Source: Azolla caroliniana (lineage: Eukaryota; Plantae; Polypodiophyta). Taken from it: a stretch of DNA of 64,000 nt. Of the stretch, positions 12,258 through 22,211 are shown in pieces. Location: NCBI GenBank assembly GCA_043228905.1, contig JBHGNT010000001.1, positions 15,624,001-15,688,000 on the forward strand, given 5' to 3'. Every line of letters begins with the position of its first letter. The first letter of the stretch is position 1. The position numbers were made by a program, and so were the translations under genes. The notes beneath the pieces are model-generated. The model had not been told where the DNA came from, ran no database searches, and saw only the letters and a list, made by a program, of their open reading frames with translations.

Positions 12258-12896
12258 TGTGAAAGTGTTTTTAGAATTCAAGGTATTGAAGTCTACAAAA
12301 ATATAAGGTATGGAGCATTCACACCCGAAGGCCAAGAACACGAGCTAAGGTTTCAAGTATAAGTCAAACTAAAAGCAAGAAAGATGGAGAAAAGTAAAAG
12401 AAGGAAAAAGCAAACCACCAAAAAGCAGTCAGAAACAAACGCTCATAACTCTCTCGTTTGACACCCAAATATCACGTGTAAATATGGGTTAGAAAGCTTA
12501 TGACGAGAGCTATCCGTAGCGTTTTAAAACTCTAACTTTGGAGCATGGATGAGGGAGATATGACGATTAGAAGATCGTTGTGTCATAGCTAAGAATAGGA
12601 GATGGAAAAGCTCTAAAAAAAGCGTGGAAAAGAAAGCAAGCGAAACTTATCTACTAGAGGAGAACTTCATATAAAGCAAAAAGAGTGAGGTGGTGAGGAG
12701 AGCTTTTTTCTTGTGGTGTTTTGTTTGCCTATTCATGTAGTGCATTTTTCTAGTGATCAATTCATCCTTGTAGGCTTGAGTTTATGTATCTTCTTTCTCT
12801 TGTTTCGATGATCATCACTCCTTATTAATATATCTTTGTAGATTTGGGTTTCTATATCTTCCTTCTCTCTCTTTTCTATCATCCTCTCTCTTTTCA
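12258..12896 (+). repeat. 3' LTR (639 bp), preceded by PPT AAGGGGGAGGG
   Basis: Direct repeat of 6174-6744. Confidence 0.93.
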
Positions 12897-13275
12897 GTAA
12901 GCTAATTAGCTATCATGGTAGCTAATTAGCTTTCCTAGTAGCTAATTCGCTGGTAATAACGAAATAGCAAACTAGCTACCAATACAGCTAATTATCTAGT
13001 AGTACCTAAATTAGCTATTGAGAATAGCTAATTAGCTATCATGGTAGTAGCTATTGAGAGTAGCCAGTTACCTATGTAGTAGCTATCCTAGTAGCTAATT
13101 AGCTATCATGGTAGCTAATTAGCTTTCCTAGTAGCTAATTAGCTAGTAATAACGAAATAGCTAACTAGCTACCATGATAGCTAACTAGCTACCAGTACAG
13201 CTAATTATCTGGTAGTACCTAAATTAGCTATTGAGAATAGCTAATTAGCTTTTCTGCTAACTGAGCTAATTAACT
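12897..13275. repeat. Palindrome array (transposase intron, right part)
   Basis: Continues the 5680-6173 array after the TSD. Confidence 0.9.
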
Positions 13276-13318
13276 TTCCGAGTAGAGTCAAAACAAATGT
13301 TGAGATAAATGTAAATAC

Positions 13319-14068
13319 CTGAGGTACATCAAGAAGATGAATGGGATGCTCCTCGTATTGATTTCTTCCAACATGTTTCCTGCATAAATCCTTTTTATTG
13401 GGTAAAACCCTACTCTCATTAGTCCAAAACATTGTGATTACATCCTTGATTTCAAATGTTATGGGTGTCATTGGCTTACATCTTGTAGTGAGCTTTAGTA
13501 GACTAGTTCCTTCACCCGAGGAAATTATACAGTTCATTGTATTGTACACTGTTTTTCTACTAACACCAATTACCTTAGATAGCTCACTGATGTTTATATC
13601 GTCAACATCACTATTAAGTAACATCATTAGACTAGACCTTTTTAAGACAAGATCATCTTCTGACCTGCTCATGGATACGAAACTATTACGAAGATTATTT
13701 ACTAAAATAGATGATATGTTTGCATTAAGACCATCACAATCAACTAAGTCATTTATCGATGGATCATTACATATTCCATAAAGTACTACCTTCTTTTCTT
13801 CATTGCTGATGTGCTTGGTTTGAACATTGAAATAGTCTACAACCTTTCTCTCTATGATGGTAGTCACATTACTTACATTCTCAGCTAAACTATCCTTACC
13901 TTTATTGAGTGTGGCTTTCGTATCCTTCAACAATTGACGGTGTTTCCTTTTTTTTTCTGCCCAATAGTTTCGTATGGCTTGTTGTGTCCTGATAGCATCA
14001 TCCCTATCCTTATGATCATTGAGGGGTAATTCTAAACACCCTTCTTCCCCTTCCATTTGGCTGGACAT
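13319..14068 (-). CDS. Sola2-type transposase, exon 1 (250 aa; basic helix and HTH-like segment)
   Basis: The ORF reaches FWTNESRVLPNKKD...HLLDVPQ at donor CAG|GTATTT. The phase-0 join to VDLFIRFKRMHPTIKV..FESLKP reconstitutes a continuous Sola2-like N-terminal block. Confidence 0.8.
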
Positions 14069-14329
14069 GTTAAAACCCTAAATTTCTAGAAAAAAAAACA
14101 AGTATTAAAGATGGCTATGGGCAACAATACACAAAAATATTCCACAATACACAAGATTAGACACAACGATACACAAGATAATCAATAGACAGAAAAGTTA
14201 TTGCAATCCAAGACCGAACAATAGAGGATTTCACTCTGTTGGATCGAACAGTTGAGGAGGCGATCTAAGATCGACCAATGGCGACAACTGAGTGTAGAAT
14301 GTTGCCGTTGGATGAGTGAACTCCGTCAA

Positions 14330-14792
14330 ATCGAAATGTGGAAGCAATCCGGGACTGGACAGTAGCGGCAACTGAGTATAGAATGATGGCAATGGAGGAG
14401 AGAACCCCGTCTGATTGAACAGTTACCAATGATGCTTGGAACGCACATAGAAGGCACCTGAGAGTAGAGTGGCACAGAGAAGAGAACTCTGTTAGATTGA
14501 ACAGTTACCAATGATGCTTGGAACGCATAGTAGCGGCCCCTGAGTGAGAGTGGCAAAGAGAAGAGAACCCCGTCAGATTGAATAGCTCTTTGATGATGCT
14601 TGGAACGCACAATAGCGACCCCTGAGTGTAGGGTGGCATAGAGAAGAGAACCCCGTCAGATTGAACAGCTTTTTGATGATGCTTGGAATGCATAGTAGCG
14701 GCCCCTGAGTGTAGAGTGGCACAAAGAAGAGAACCCCGTCAGATTGAACAACTCTTTGATGATGCTTGGAACGCACAGTAGCGGCCCCTTAG
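14330..14792. repeat. 83-bp minisatellite, left part
   Basis: Unit GTCAGATTGAACAGCTCTTTGATGATGCTTGGAACGCACAGTAGCGGCCCCTGAGTGTAGAGTGGCACAGAGAAGAGAACCCC with period 83; it degenerates leftwards. Confidence 0.92.
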
Positions 14793-15467
14793 TGTTGGGA
14801 TTTCGGTCCCTCCGGATGGGATGTCCGGAGATGAATGCCGGCAAGCCCGGTTCCGGTTACGGAGCCGGATGATGAAGACCCCGGCTACGGAGCCGGATGA
14901 TGAATACCCCGGCTACGGAGCCGGATGATGAAGACCCCGGTTACGGAGCCGGATGATGAAGACCCCGGCTACGGAGCCGGATGATGAATGTACCCGGAGA
15001 GGGATCCGGATGCGGGGACATATTTGTGAATATGTTTGCCAAGAGCCCTTGAGGCTATATTTGTAAATAGCCCGAAAGTCATATGTGTATAAATATGACT
15101 TAGGGCAAACAGTTTAGTAGTTGTTGCTTATTTTTCTGATTTTCCACTTAGAGTGAGCTAAGTGAGCAGCCGAGAGAGAGAGAGAGAGAGAGAGACGAAG
15201 AGGTCGTTGCCTCTGTGTAATACCGCCGCCTGTGGCGAGGATAGCGAGCTCAAGGTTGTCGCCTTGCAGCTCGCCATTGTATATTTCTCTGTGCATAGTT
15301 TTGGTTTGGAGTCTTGCACTCCCGTGGTTTTTCCCGTATAGGGTTTTCCACGTTAATCCCTGTGTAATCGTGTCTTTCTCTGTGTTTCCTATTTTCTGCT
15401 GCATTGATTCGCGATTTCTCGGTTGTGGCCGAGCGGAGAAGGTGAATCTGAGCGTTGATTCGCAACA
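14793..15467 (+). repeat. 5' LTR with ~28-bp U3 tandem repeats and (GA)n
   Basis: CCGGCTACGGAGCCGGATGATGAAGACC occurs about 5 times. Confidence 0.95.
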
Positions 15468-15498
15468 AAGTGGTATCAGAGCGACGACAGTGCAGAAA

Positions 15499-18400
15499 AT
15501 GGAAGGCGGCAGCAGCGGGCAGCCGGGGATGATGGTGCTGAATGCGCAGAACTACGCCGACTGGAAGATCAAGATGGAGGATCTTCTGATTGTTCGGAAC
15601 CTGTACGAACCGATTGACAGGTCGGAAATACCGAAGGGGGTACTTGAGTCGGAATGGAGGCTTCTGAACCGGAAAGCCGTTGCAACCATTCGGCAATACG
15701 TCGACGTGAGCGTTCTACAGCATGTGGCGAACGACACCAACGCATATGAGATGTGGCGGAAGCTGTCGGGCCTCTACGAGAGGAAGAATACGTTGAACCG
15801 GACCTCCCTGATGAGGAAGATAGTGAACCTCAAGTACCGGGACGGCGAGAGTATGGTGGAACATGTAAGCACGTTCATGGGATTCGTGAACCAGCTTGCG
15901 GCGATCAAGTTCCCGTTGGAGGATGCAATGCAAGCCATCATTCTGATGTGTACATTGCCGGACAGCTGGGAGAACTTGGTGGTGACTCTCAGCACCTCCT
16001 GCACCGAAGATAACTTGTCTCTACAAACGGTAAAGACGAGTATTTTGAACGAAGAAGCGCGTCGGAGAGATAAAGAACCGGCCTCCGACTCGAAGGCGCT
16101 GCTTACCGAATCGGATCGGGGAAGACAATGGAACCGGAGTCCGCAAAGACGGGAGAAGTCGGGGACCCGGTCGCAGTCAAGAGGAAGGCCCACATGCTTC
16201 CACTGTGGGAAGCCGGGGCACTTCCGGAAGAATTGTCGGCATTACCGAAAGGACAACGGAGCCGACGACACCGATTCGAAGAAGTCACCGGAGAGAAACG
16301 GTGCATACCGGGGAGCCACGGACCGGAGAGGTCCGGATAGGCGAGGGCAGGATCGGAAAGGAACGACGGCACTCGCGGCAAGTGAAGAAGAGATAATGCT
16401 CATTACTGAAGAGAGGGAGCTGAACCTTGCCGGTGAAGAGATGACCTGGGTGGTCGATTCCGGAGCGTCGTTCCACCTGACCCCGGAGAAGAAATACTTC
16501 TCATCCTACACAGCCGGTGAGCATGGCTGTGTCCGGATGGGAAATGAAGGTACATGCCGGATTGCCGGCATAGGAGACGTGTGGCTGATGACATCAACCG
16601 GATGCAAGATGCTGCTGAAGGATGTACGACACGTTCCGGAGGTTCGATTGAACCTGATTTCGGCCGGGAGGCTAGACGATGAAGGCTACACGGGTAGCAT
16701 CCGGAACGGCGTAATGAAGTTCAGCAAGGGGAGCCTGATAGTGGCTCGGGCCCGGAAAGTCAACACACTGTACCTGATGAATTCCCGGCTATGTCCGGAG
16801 GAGCTGAACGTGGCAGCCGACACTGCCGGTGAGCTGTGGCACAAGAGACTGTGCCACATGAGTGAGAAGGGGATGAAGAGGCTTGCAGAAGACAACCTTA
16901 TTCCAGTGAAGCATGTGCACCTGGAGAAGTGCACCGACTGCCTGGCCGGTAAGCAAAACCGGACCTCCTTCCACTCAAGGCCACCGACGAGACGTAGCGC
17001 ACCATTGGAGCTGGTGCACACTGACGTGTGTCAAGTAGAAACGAAGTCACATGGCGGAGCCCAGTACTTCGTTACATTCATTGATGACCACAGCCGGAAG
17101 CTGTGGACGGCACCGTTGAAGACAAAGGACCAAGTGGTGTGCGTTTTCAAAGAACTCCACGCAAGAGTGGAAAGGGAATCCGGCAAGAAGCTGAAAGCGA
17201 TACGAGCGGATAATGGAGGGGAATACCGGGGGCAGTTCGCGGAGTACTGTCGCTCGAAGGGAATCCGGCTCGAGTTCACTGTGCCGAAGACGCCGGAACT
17301 GAACGGGCTGGCCGAGAGGATGAACCGGACCATAATGGAGAGGGTCAGGAGTATGCTGGCGCATGCGGAATTACCCAAGGGGTTTTGGGCTGAGGCGATG
17401 TCGACGGCGACATACGTGATAAACAGATCACCCTCAGTACCATTGGACGGAGACACGCCGCAGAGAGTGTGGACTGGTAGGGAAGTATCCTACCGGCATC
17501 TGAAGGTGTTCGGGTGTCTCGCATACGTGCATGTGGCAAAGGACCGGAGAGGAAAGCTAGATCCAAAGACCCGGCCATGCATATTCCTCGGTTACGGTGA
17601 CGACGAGTTCGGCTACCGAGTATGGGACCCGGTCGACAAGAAGATATTCAGGAGTCGAGCTATCATCTTCATGGAGAACAAGACACTCGCCGACTGGGAG
17701 TCGGAGAAGAAGATGAATAGCTCCAAGTCGACCGGTGAGGATAAACTCTACGAGGAGCAGTCCCGACCGGCAAAGGACCGGTTAACACTCGAAGATCCGG
17801 CCGAAGACGGTGAAGAAACAGAACCGGCCGAAGAAGATGAAACTGATACCGGGACCGGCCCCGATCCCGAAATGGATTCGGATGAAGAAGAATCGGAAGA
17901 ACCGGTTACCGAAGCTCCGGAACGGAGATATCCTCTAAGGGAGAGAAGGGCCCCCCGGAGATTTCCGGAACCAGAGCACGTGCTGCTAACCGACGAGGGG
18001 GAGCCGGAGAGCTTTGAAGAAGCAAAGCTTGACACCCATAGCCGCAGGTGGTTAAGTGCCATGCAGGAGGAGATGGATTCCCTGCATGAAAATCACACAT
18101 ATGAACTTGTGGAGTTGCCGAAAGAAAAACGGGCACTCCGTAACAAGTGGGTGTTCAAGCTGAAACCGGGAGATGCCGGAAACCCCCCGAGATATAAAGC
18201 CAGGATTGTGGTGAAGGGGTTTCAGCAGAAGAAGGGCGTCGACTTCGACGAGATATTTGCCCCGGTAGTGAAGATGACCTCCATCCGGACGGTGCTGAGC
18301 ATAGCGGCAAGCATGGACCTCGAGGTAGAACAGATGGACGTGAAGACGGCATTCCTTCACGGTGACCTCGAAGAAGAGATCTACATGCAGCAACCGGAAG

Positions 18401-19572
18401 GATTCGAGAAGAAAGGGAAGGAGCACCTGGTATGCCGGTTGAAGAAGAGCCTTTACGGACTGAAGCAGGCTCCCCGGCAATGGTACCGGAAGTTCGACTC
18501 CTTCATGACAGACGAAGGGTACCACAAAACGCAGCCCGATCACTGCGTGTTTGTGAAGAAGTTCGAAGGAGGTGACTTTCTAATACTCCTCCTGTACGTA
18601 GATGACATGTTGATCGTCGGACGAGACCAGGGCAAGATACGGATGCTGAAGAAGGCCCTTCACCGAACCTTCTCAATGAAGGACCTGGGTCCGGCGAGGC
18701 AAATACTAGGGATGCACATCATCCGAGACCGGAGCAAGAAGCAGTTGTGGCTGTCACAGGAGAAGTACGTGACAAAGGTGCTTAAACGGTTCAACATGTC
18801 GGAAGCAAGACCGGTCGGAACGACCCTCCCGGCAAACTGCAAGCTGTCCAGCAAGCAAAGTCCCAAGACAAAGGCTGAAAAGGAGGATATGATGAAAGTG
18901 CCGTATGCCTCAGCCGTCGGGAGCTTGATGTACGCCATGGTGTGTACGAGACCGGACATCGGATATGCAGTCGGAGTGGTGAGCCGGTACATGAGCAATC
19001 CCGGCAAAGAGCATTGGAACGCGGCCAAGTGGATACTCCGATACCTGAAGGGCACGGCAAACGTGTGCCTCCGATTCGGCTCCGGTAAGCCCGAACTCGA
19101 CGGCTTCACCGATTCGGATATGTCGGCTGATGTAGATACCAGCCGGTCCACATCAGGGTATGTGATGACGTATGCAGGGGGAGCCGTTTCGTGGCAGTCA
19201 AGGCTGCAGAAGACGGTTGCGTTGTCAACCACGGAGGCGGAGTACATGGCGGCCGTTGAAGCCGGCAAGGAAATAATATGGATGAAGGACTTCATTAGAG
19301 AGCTCGGTATCCGGCAGGAGGAGTACCGACTCTACTGCGACAGTCAGAGTGCCATCCACCTTGCAAAGAACGCTGCCTACCATTCCCGGACGAAGCACAT
19401 CCAGCGAAGATATCACTGGATCCGGGAAAGGACAGAAGACCAGGAGTTCGTGCTGACGAAGATCCACACGGACGAGAACGGCTCAGATATGCTGACCAAA
19501 GTGCTCACACCCGACAAGCTGGAAGCATGCCGGAAGAGGATCGGATTGGAGAGACATCCCATGCCGAAGTGA
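15499..19572 (+). CDS. Copia gag-pol polyprotein (1357 aa), uninterrupted
   Basis: First ATG after the PBS. Motifs CFHCGKPGHFRKNC, VVDSGAS, WHKRLCH, integrase DDE, YVDD and RNase H TKHI. Confidence 0.96.
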   Translation: MEGGSSGQPGMMVLNAQNYADWKIKMEDLLIVRNLYEPIDRSEIPKGVLESEWRLLNRKAVATIRQYVDVSVLQHVANDTNAYEMWRKLSGLYERKNTLNRTSLMRKIVNLKYRDGESMVEHVSTFMGFVNQLAAIKFPLEDAMQAIILMCTLPDSWENLVVTLSTSCTEDNLSLQTVKTSILNEEARRRDKEPASDSKALLTESDRGRQWNRSPQRREKSGTRSQSRGRPTCFHCGKPGHFRKNCRHYRKDNGADDTDSKKSPERNGAYRGATDRRGPDRRGQDRKGTTALAASEEEIMLITEERELNLAGEEMTWVVDSGASFHLTPEKKYFSSYTAGEHGCVRMGNEGTCRIAGIGDVWLMTSTGCKMLLKDVRHVPEVRLNLISAGRLDDEGYTGSIRNGVMKFSKGSLIVARARKVNTLYLMNSRLCPEELNVAADTAGELWHKRLCHMSEKGMKRLAEDNLIPVKHVHLEKCTDCLAGKQNRTSFHSRPPTRRSAPLELVHTDVCQVETKSHGGAQYFVTFIDDHSRKLWTAPLKTKDQVVCVFKELHARVERESGKKLKAIRADNGGEYRGQFAEYCRSKGIRLEFTVPKTPELNGLAERMNRTIMERVRSMLAHAELPKGFWAEAMSTATYVINRSPSVPLDGDTPQRVWTGREVSYRHLKVFGCLAYVHVAKDRRGKLDPKTRPCIFLGYGDDEFGYRVWDPVDKKIFRSRAIIFMENKTLADWESEKKMNSSKSTGEDKLYEEQSRPAKDRLTLEDPAEDGEETEPAEEDETDTGTGPDPEMDSDEEESEEPVTEAPERRYPLRERRAPRRFPEPEHVLLTDEGEPESFEEAKLDTHSRRWLSAMQEEMDSLHENHTYELVELPKEKRALRNKWVFKLKPGDAGNPPRYKARIVVKGFQQKKGVDFDEIFAPVVKMTSIRTVLSIAASMDLEVEQMDVKTAFLHGDLEEEIYMQQPEGFEKKGKEHLVCRLKKSLYGLKQAPRQWYRKFDSFMTDEGYHKTQPDHCVFVKKFEGGDFLILLLYVDDMLIVGRDQGKIRMLKKALHRTFSMKDLGPARQILGMHIIRDRSKKQLWLSQEKYVTKVLKRFNMSEARPVGTTLPANCKLSSKQSPKTKAEKEDMMKVPYASAVGSLMYAMVCTRPDIGYAVGVVSRYMSNPGKEHWNAAKWILRYLKGTANVCLRFGSGKPELDGFTDSDMSADVDTSRSTSGYVMTYAGGAVSWQSRLQKTVALSTTEAEYMAAVEAGKEIIWMKDFIRELGIRQEEYRLYCDSQSAIHLAKNAAYHSRTKHIQRRYHWIRERTEDQEFVLTKIHTDENGSDMLTKVLTPDKLEACRKRIGLERHPMPK

Positions 19573-19582
19573 AGGGGGAGTT

Positions 19583-20257
19583 TGTTGGGATTTCGGTCCC
19601 TCCGGATGGGATGTCCGGAGATGAATGCCGGCAAGCCCGGTTCCGGTTACGGAGCCGGATGATGAAGACCCCGGCTACGGAGCCGGATGATGAATACCCC
19701 GGCTACGGAGCCGGATGATGAAGACCCCGGTTACGGAGCCGGATGATGAAGACCCCGGCTACGGAGCCGGATGATGAATGTACCCGGAGAGGGATCCGGA
19801 TGCGGGGACATATTTGTGAATATGTTTGCCAAGAGCCCTTGAGGCTATATTTGTAAATAGCCCGAAAGTCATATGTATATAAATATGACTTAGGGCAAAC
19901 AGTTTAGTAGTTGTTGCTTATTTTTCTGATTTTCCACTTAGAGTGAGCTAAGTGAGCAGCCGAGAGAGAGAGAGAGAGAGAGAGACGAAGAGGTCGTTGC
20001 CTCTGTGTAATACCGCCGCCTGTGGCGAGGATAGCGAGCTCAAGGTTGTCGCCTTGCAGCTCGCCATTGTATATTTCTCTGTGCATAGTTTTGGTTTGGA
20101 GTCTTGCACTCCCGTGGTTTTTCCCGTATAGGGTTTTCCACGTTAATCCCTGTGTAATCGTGTCTTTCTCTGTGTTTCCTATTTTCTGCTGCATTGATTT
20201 GCGATTTCTCGGTTGTGGCCGAGCGGCGAAGGTGAATCTGAGCGTTGATTCGCAACA
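19583..20257 (+). repeat. 3' LTR
   Basis: Near-identical to 14793-15467. Confidence 0.97.
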
Positions 20258-20517
20258 CTTAGTGTAGAGTGGCACATAGAAGAGAACCCCGTCAGATTGA
20301 ACAGCTCTTTGATGATGCTTGGAACACACAGTAGTGGCCCCTGAGTGTAGAGTGGCACAGAGAAGAGAATCCCGTCAGATTGAACAGCTCTTTGATGATG
20401 CTTGGAACGCACAGTAGTGGCCCCTGAGTGTAGAGTGGCACAGAGAAGAGAACCCCGTCAGATTGAGCAGCTCTTTGATGATGCTTGGAACGCACAGTAG
20501 CGGCCCCTTAGTGTAGA
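20258..20517. repeat. 83-bp minisatellite, right part (about 3 units)
   Basis: Resumes in register after the copia TSD. Confidence 0.92.
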
Positions 20518-20879
20518 CTCAGTGGCAACAGGTGGACTCGATAGGGTTTAGCAACAGTGGTAGCAACTAACCCACAATACTCAACTAGAGATGGCCTACG
20601 TGATGTGGCAAAGGATCATGCATAATGGACCTAGGAATTCGATATATAATTTATGGTACACATTTATGGTGCACACATCAATTTATGTTGCACATTTATG
20701 GCACTCATTTACATATGTAATTAAAACACTCTAGTATTTTCAATGGTAGTTTTTTGCATACTTAATTTATTAATGATGGCTTTTTACTAAAATGACTATT
20801 TATCAATGATAGCTTTTTGCATAGCTAATTAGCTATGTCAAGGACATAGCTAATTGTTTCCACTCGCATGCTTTCACCC

Positions 20880-22022
20880 ATCTAGAGGCGTGGAATACGA
20901 CAAGATGAGAAGGCAGCAGTTCTACGCGAAGCCCATTGTGGTACGGCGGGAGGACATTACGCGGGTGATGTTACGACCCGGAAAATTTGGCAAGCAGGAC
21001 TGTGGTGGCCGACGACGCAAAAAGGCGCGTATGAATATTGCAGACAATGCGATTTATGCCAACGACTGGGCCATCCCGCAAAAGTCGCAAGAATGCCACA
21101 CTAACCAGTGTTGCCACTAGATCCTTTCCAAAAGTGGGGCTTAGATTTCGTGGGACCCTTTACCCCGACGACCATTCGAACAGGCAAGAAGTCCATCCTA
21201 GTGGCTACGGATTACTATACCAAGTGGTTAGAAGCGAAACCACTCCACTAGAATACCGTGGCAGTCACGATGAAATTCCTTTACGAACACATCTGGTGTC
21301 GTTTCGGATACCCTATCGAGCTCATTAATGACAAATGGAGTCACTTTCTAAATACGGTCATCAACGAACTGACCCAACATTACGTTGTGGTGCATAAAAA
21401 AAGTACGCCGTATTACCCGCAGGCAAATGGCTTGGCGGAATCCACGAACAAAACCCTCCAAACTATCTTGAAAAAGATAGTCAATGAGAACATGACTGAT
21501 TGGGACACCAAGTTGCATAGCACATTATGGGCATACTATACCAGCTATAAGACTAGCATACAATCAACACCGTTCAAGCTAGCATTTGGTCTGGAGGCCG
21601 TGATGCCAGTCGAATTCCAGGTACCCAGTCTACGGATTCAAGTACGAGCCCGGCTACTAGAGGGCAAATCCGAACAAGTATTGCTACAACAACTGCTAGA
21701 GCTAGGAGAAACAAGGGTACGCAGTATGGCCATATTAGAGCAGGAACAGTGGCGGCGCAACGCATTCGTGGACTGACACCGGCATGTGCGTGAAAAAGAT
21801 TTTACAGTTGGAAAAACGGTATTAGTTTTCCAAACACGTATGGGGCATATGCCAGGAAAATTAAGATTCCACTGGACAGGCCCGTACTGGATAGTGGGAG
21901 CAGAACAGGGCACGTTTCAATTGGGCACGTTGGCCGGGGAAGTGTTACACCAAAAAGTGAATGGGTTTCGCCTTAAACCTTATCTGGGACCTACGCCACC
22001 TAACCCGTTCCCCGCCGAATAG
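20880..22022 (+). pseudogene. Gypsy integrase remnant
   Basis: IWCRFGYP, STPYYPQANGLAE and WTGPY, with stops and frameshifts. Confidence 0.9.
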
Positions 22023-22211
22023 GACAAAGCCGGAGAAACCACGGAGTAAGTAGACAACCCCACTTGTATTATAGTGTAAAAATAGTATTGTATGTAACCG
22101 TTACGAAAAAAAAGAAAAAGAAAAAGAAAAAGAAAACAAAGAGGAGATAGCGACGCTATTAAAAGGACTTAAGGCATGCATAGACTTCTAGGCCAAGAAC
22201 ATGCGGCACCA

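Larger units (their letters stand above)
6174..12896 (+). mobile_element. Ty3/gypsy LTR retrotransposon, Tat-like (RT-RH-aRH-INT), full length and decayed
   Basis: TG..CA LTRs at 6174-6744 and 12258-12896. TSD GTAAG at 6169-6173 and 12897-12901. PBS and purine tract are present. Confidence 0.95.
14793..20257 (+). mobile_element. Intact young Ty1/copia LTR retrotransposon (Tnt1/Tork-like)
   Basis: 675-bp LTRs (14793-15467 and 19583-20257) with about 3 differences. TSD CTTAG, PBS TGGTATCAGAGC at 15471, PPT GAAGGGGGAG at 19571. Confidence 0.98.
1..20879 (-). mobile_element. Large Sola2-like DNA transposon (right end in window, left end upstream), with nested gypsy and copia
   Basis: Contains a DDD transposase gene. 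The same TAGCTAATTAGCTA palindrome occurs from 198 to 20835. The sequence switches abruptly to mid-pol gypsy sequence at 20880. The putative terminus read inward is GGGTGAAAGCATGCGAGTGG, fitting the 5'-GRG end recalled for Sola2. The second end and TSD are not visible. Confidence 0.62.

Noticed and set aside
15232-15498. N-terminal extension of the 1446-aa copia ORF
   Set aside because: It starts at a GTG inside the LTR, upstream of the PBS. The likely start is the ATG at 15499.
14330-20517. 83-bp repeats or palindrome arrays as a CRISPR array
   Set aside because: Units are head-to-tail without unique spacers, there are no cas genes, and the context is eukaryotic.
20827-20885. Hairpin plus CTAG as a Helitron 3' end
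   Set aside because: The CTAG is better explained as a TGG>TAG change in gypsy codons. It is followed by A rather than T, and no Rep/helicase is present.
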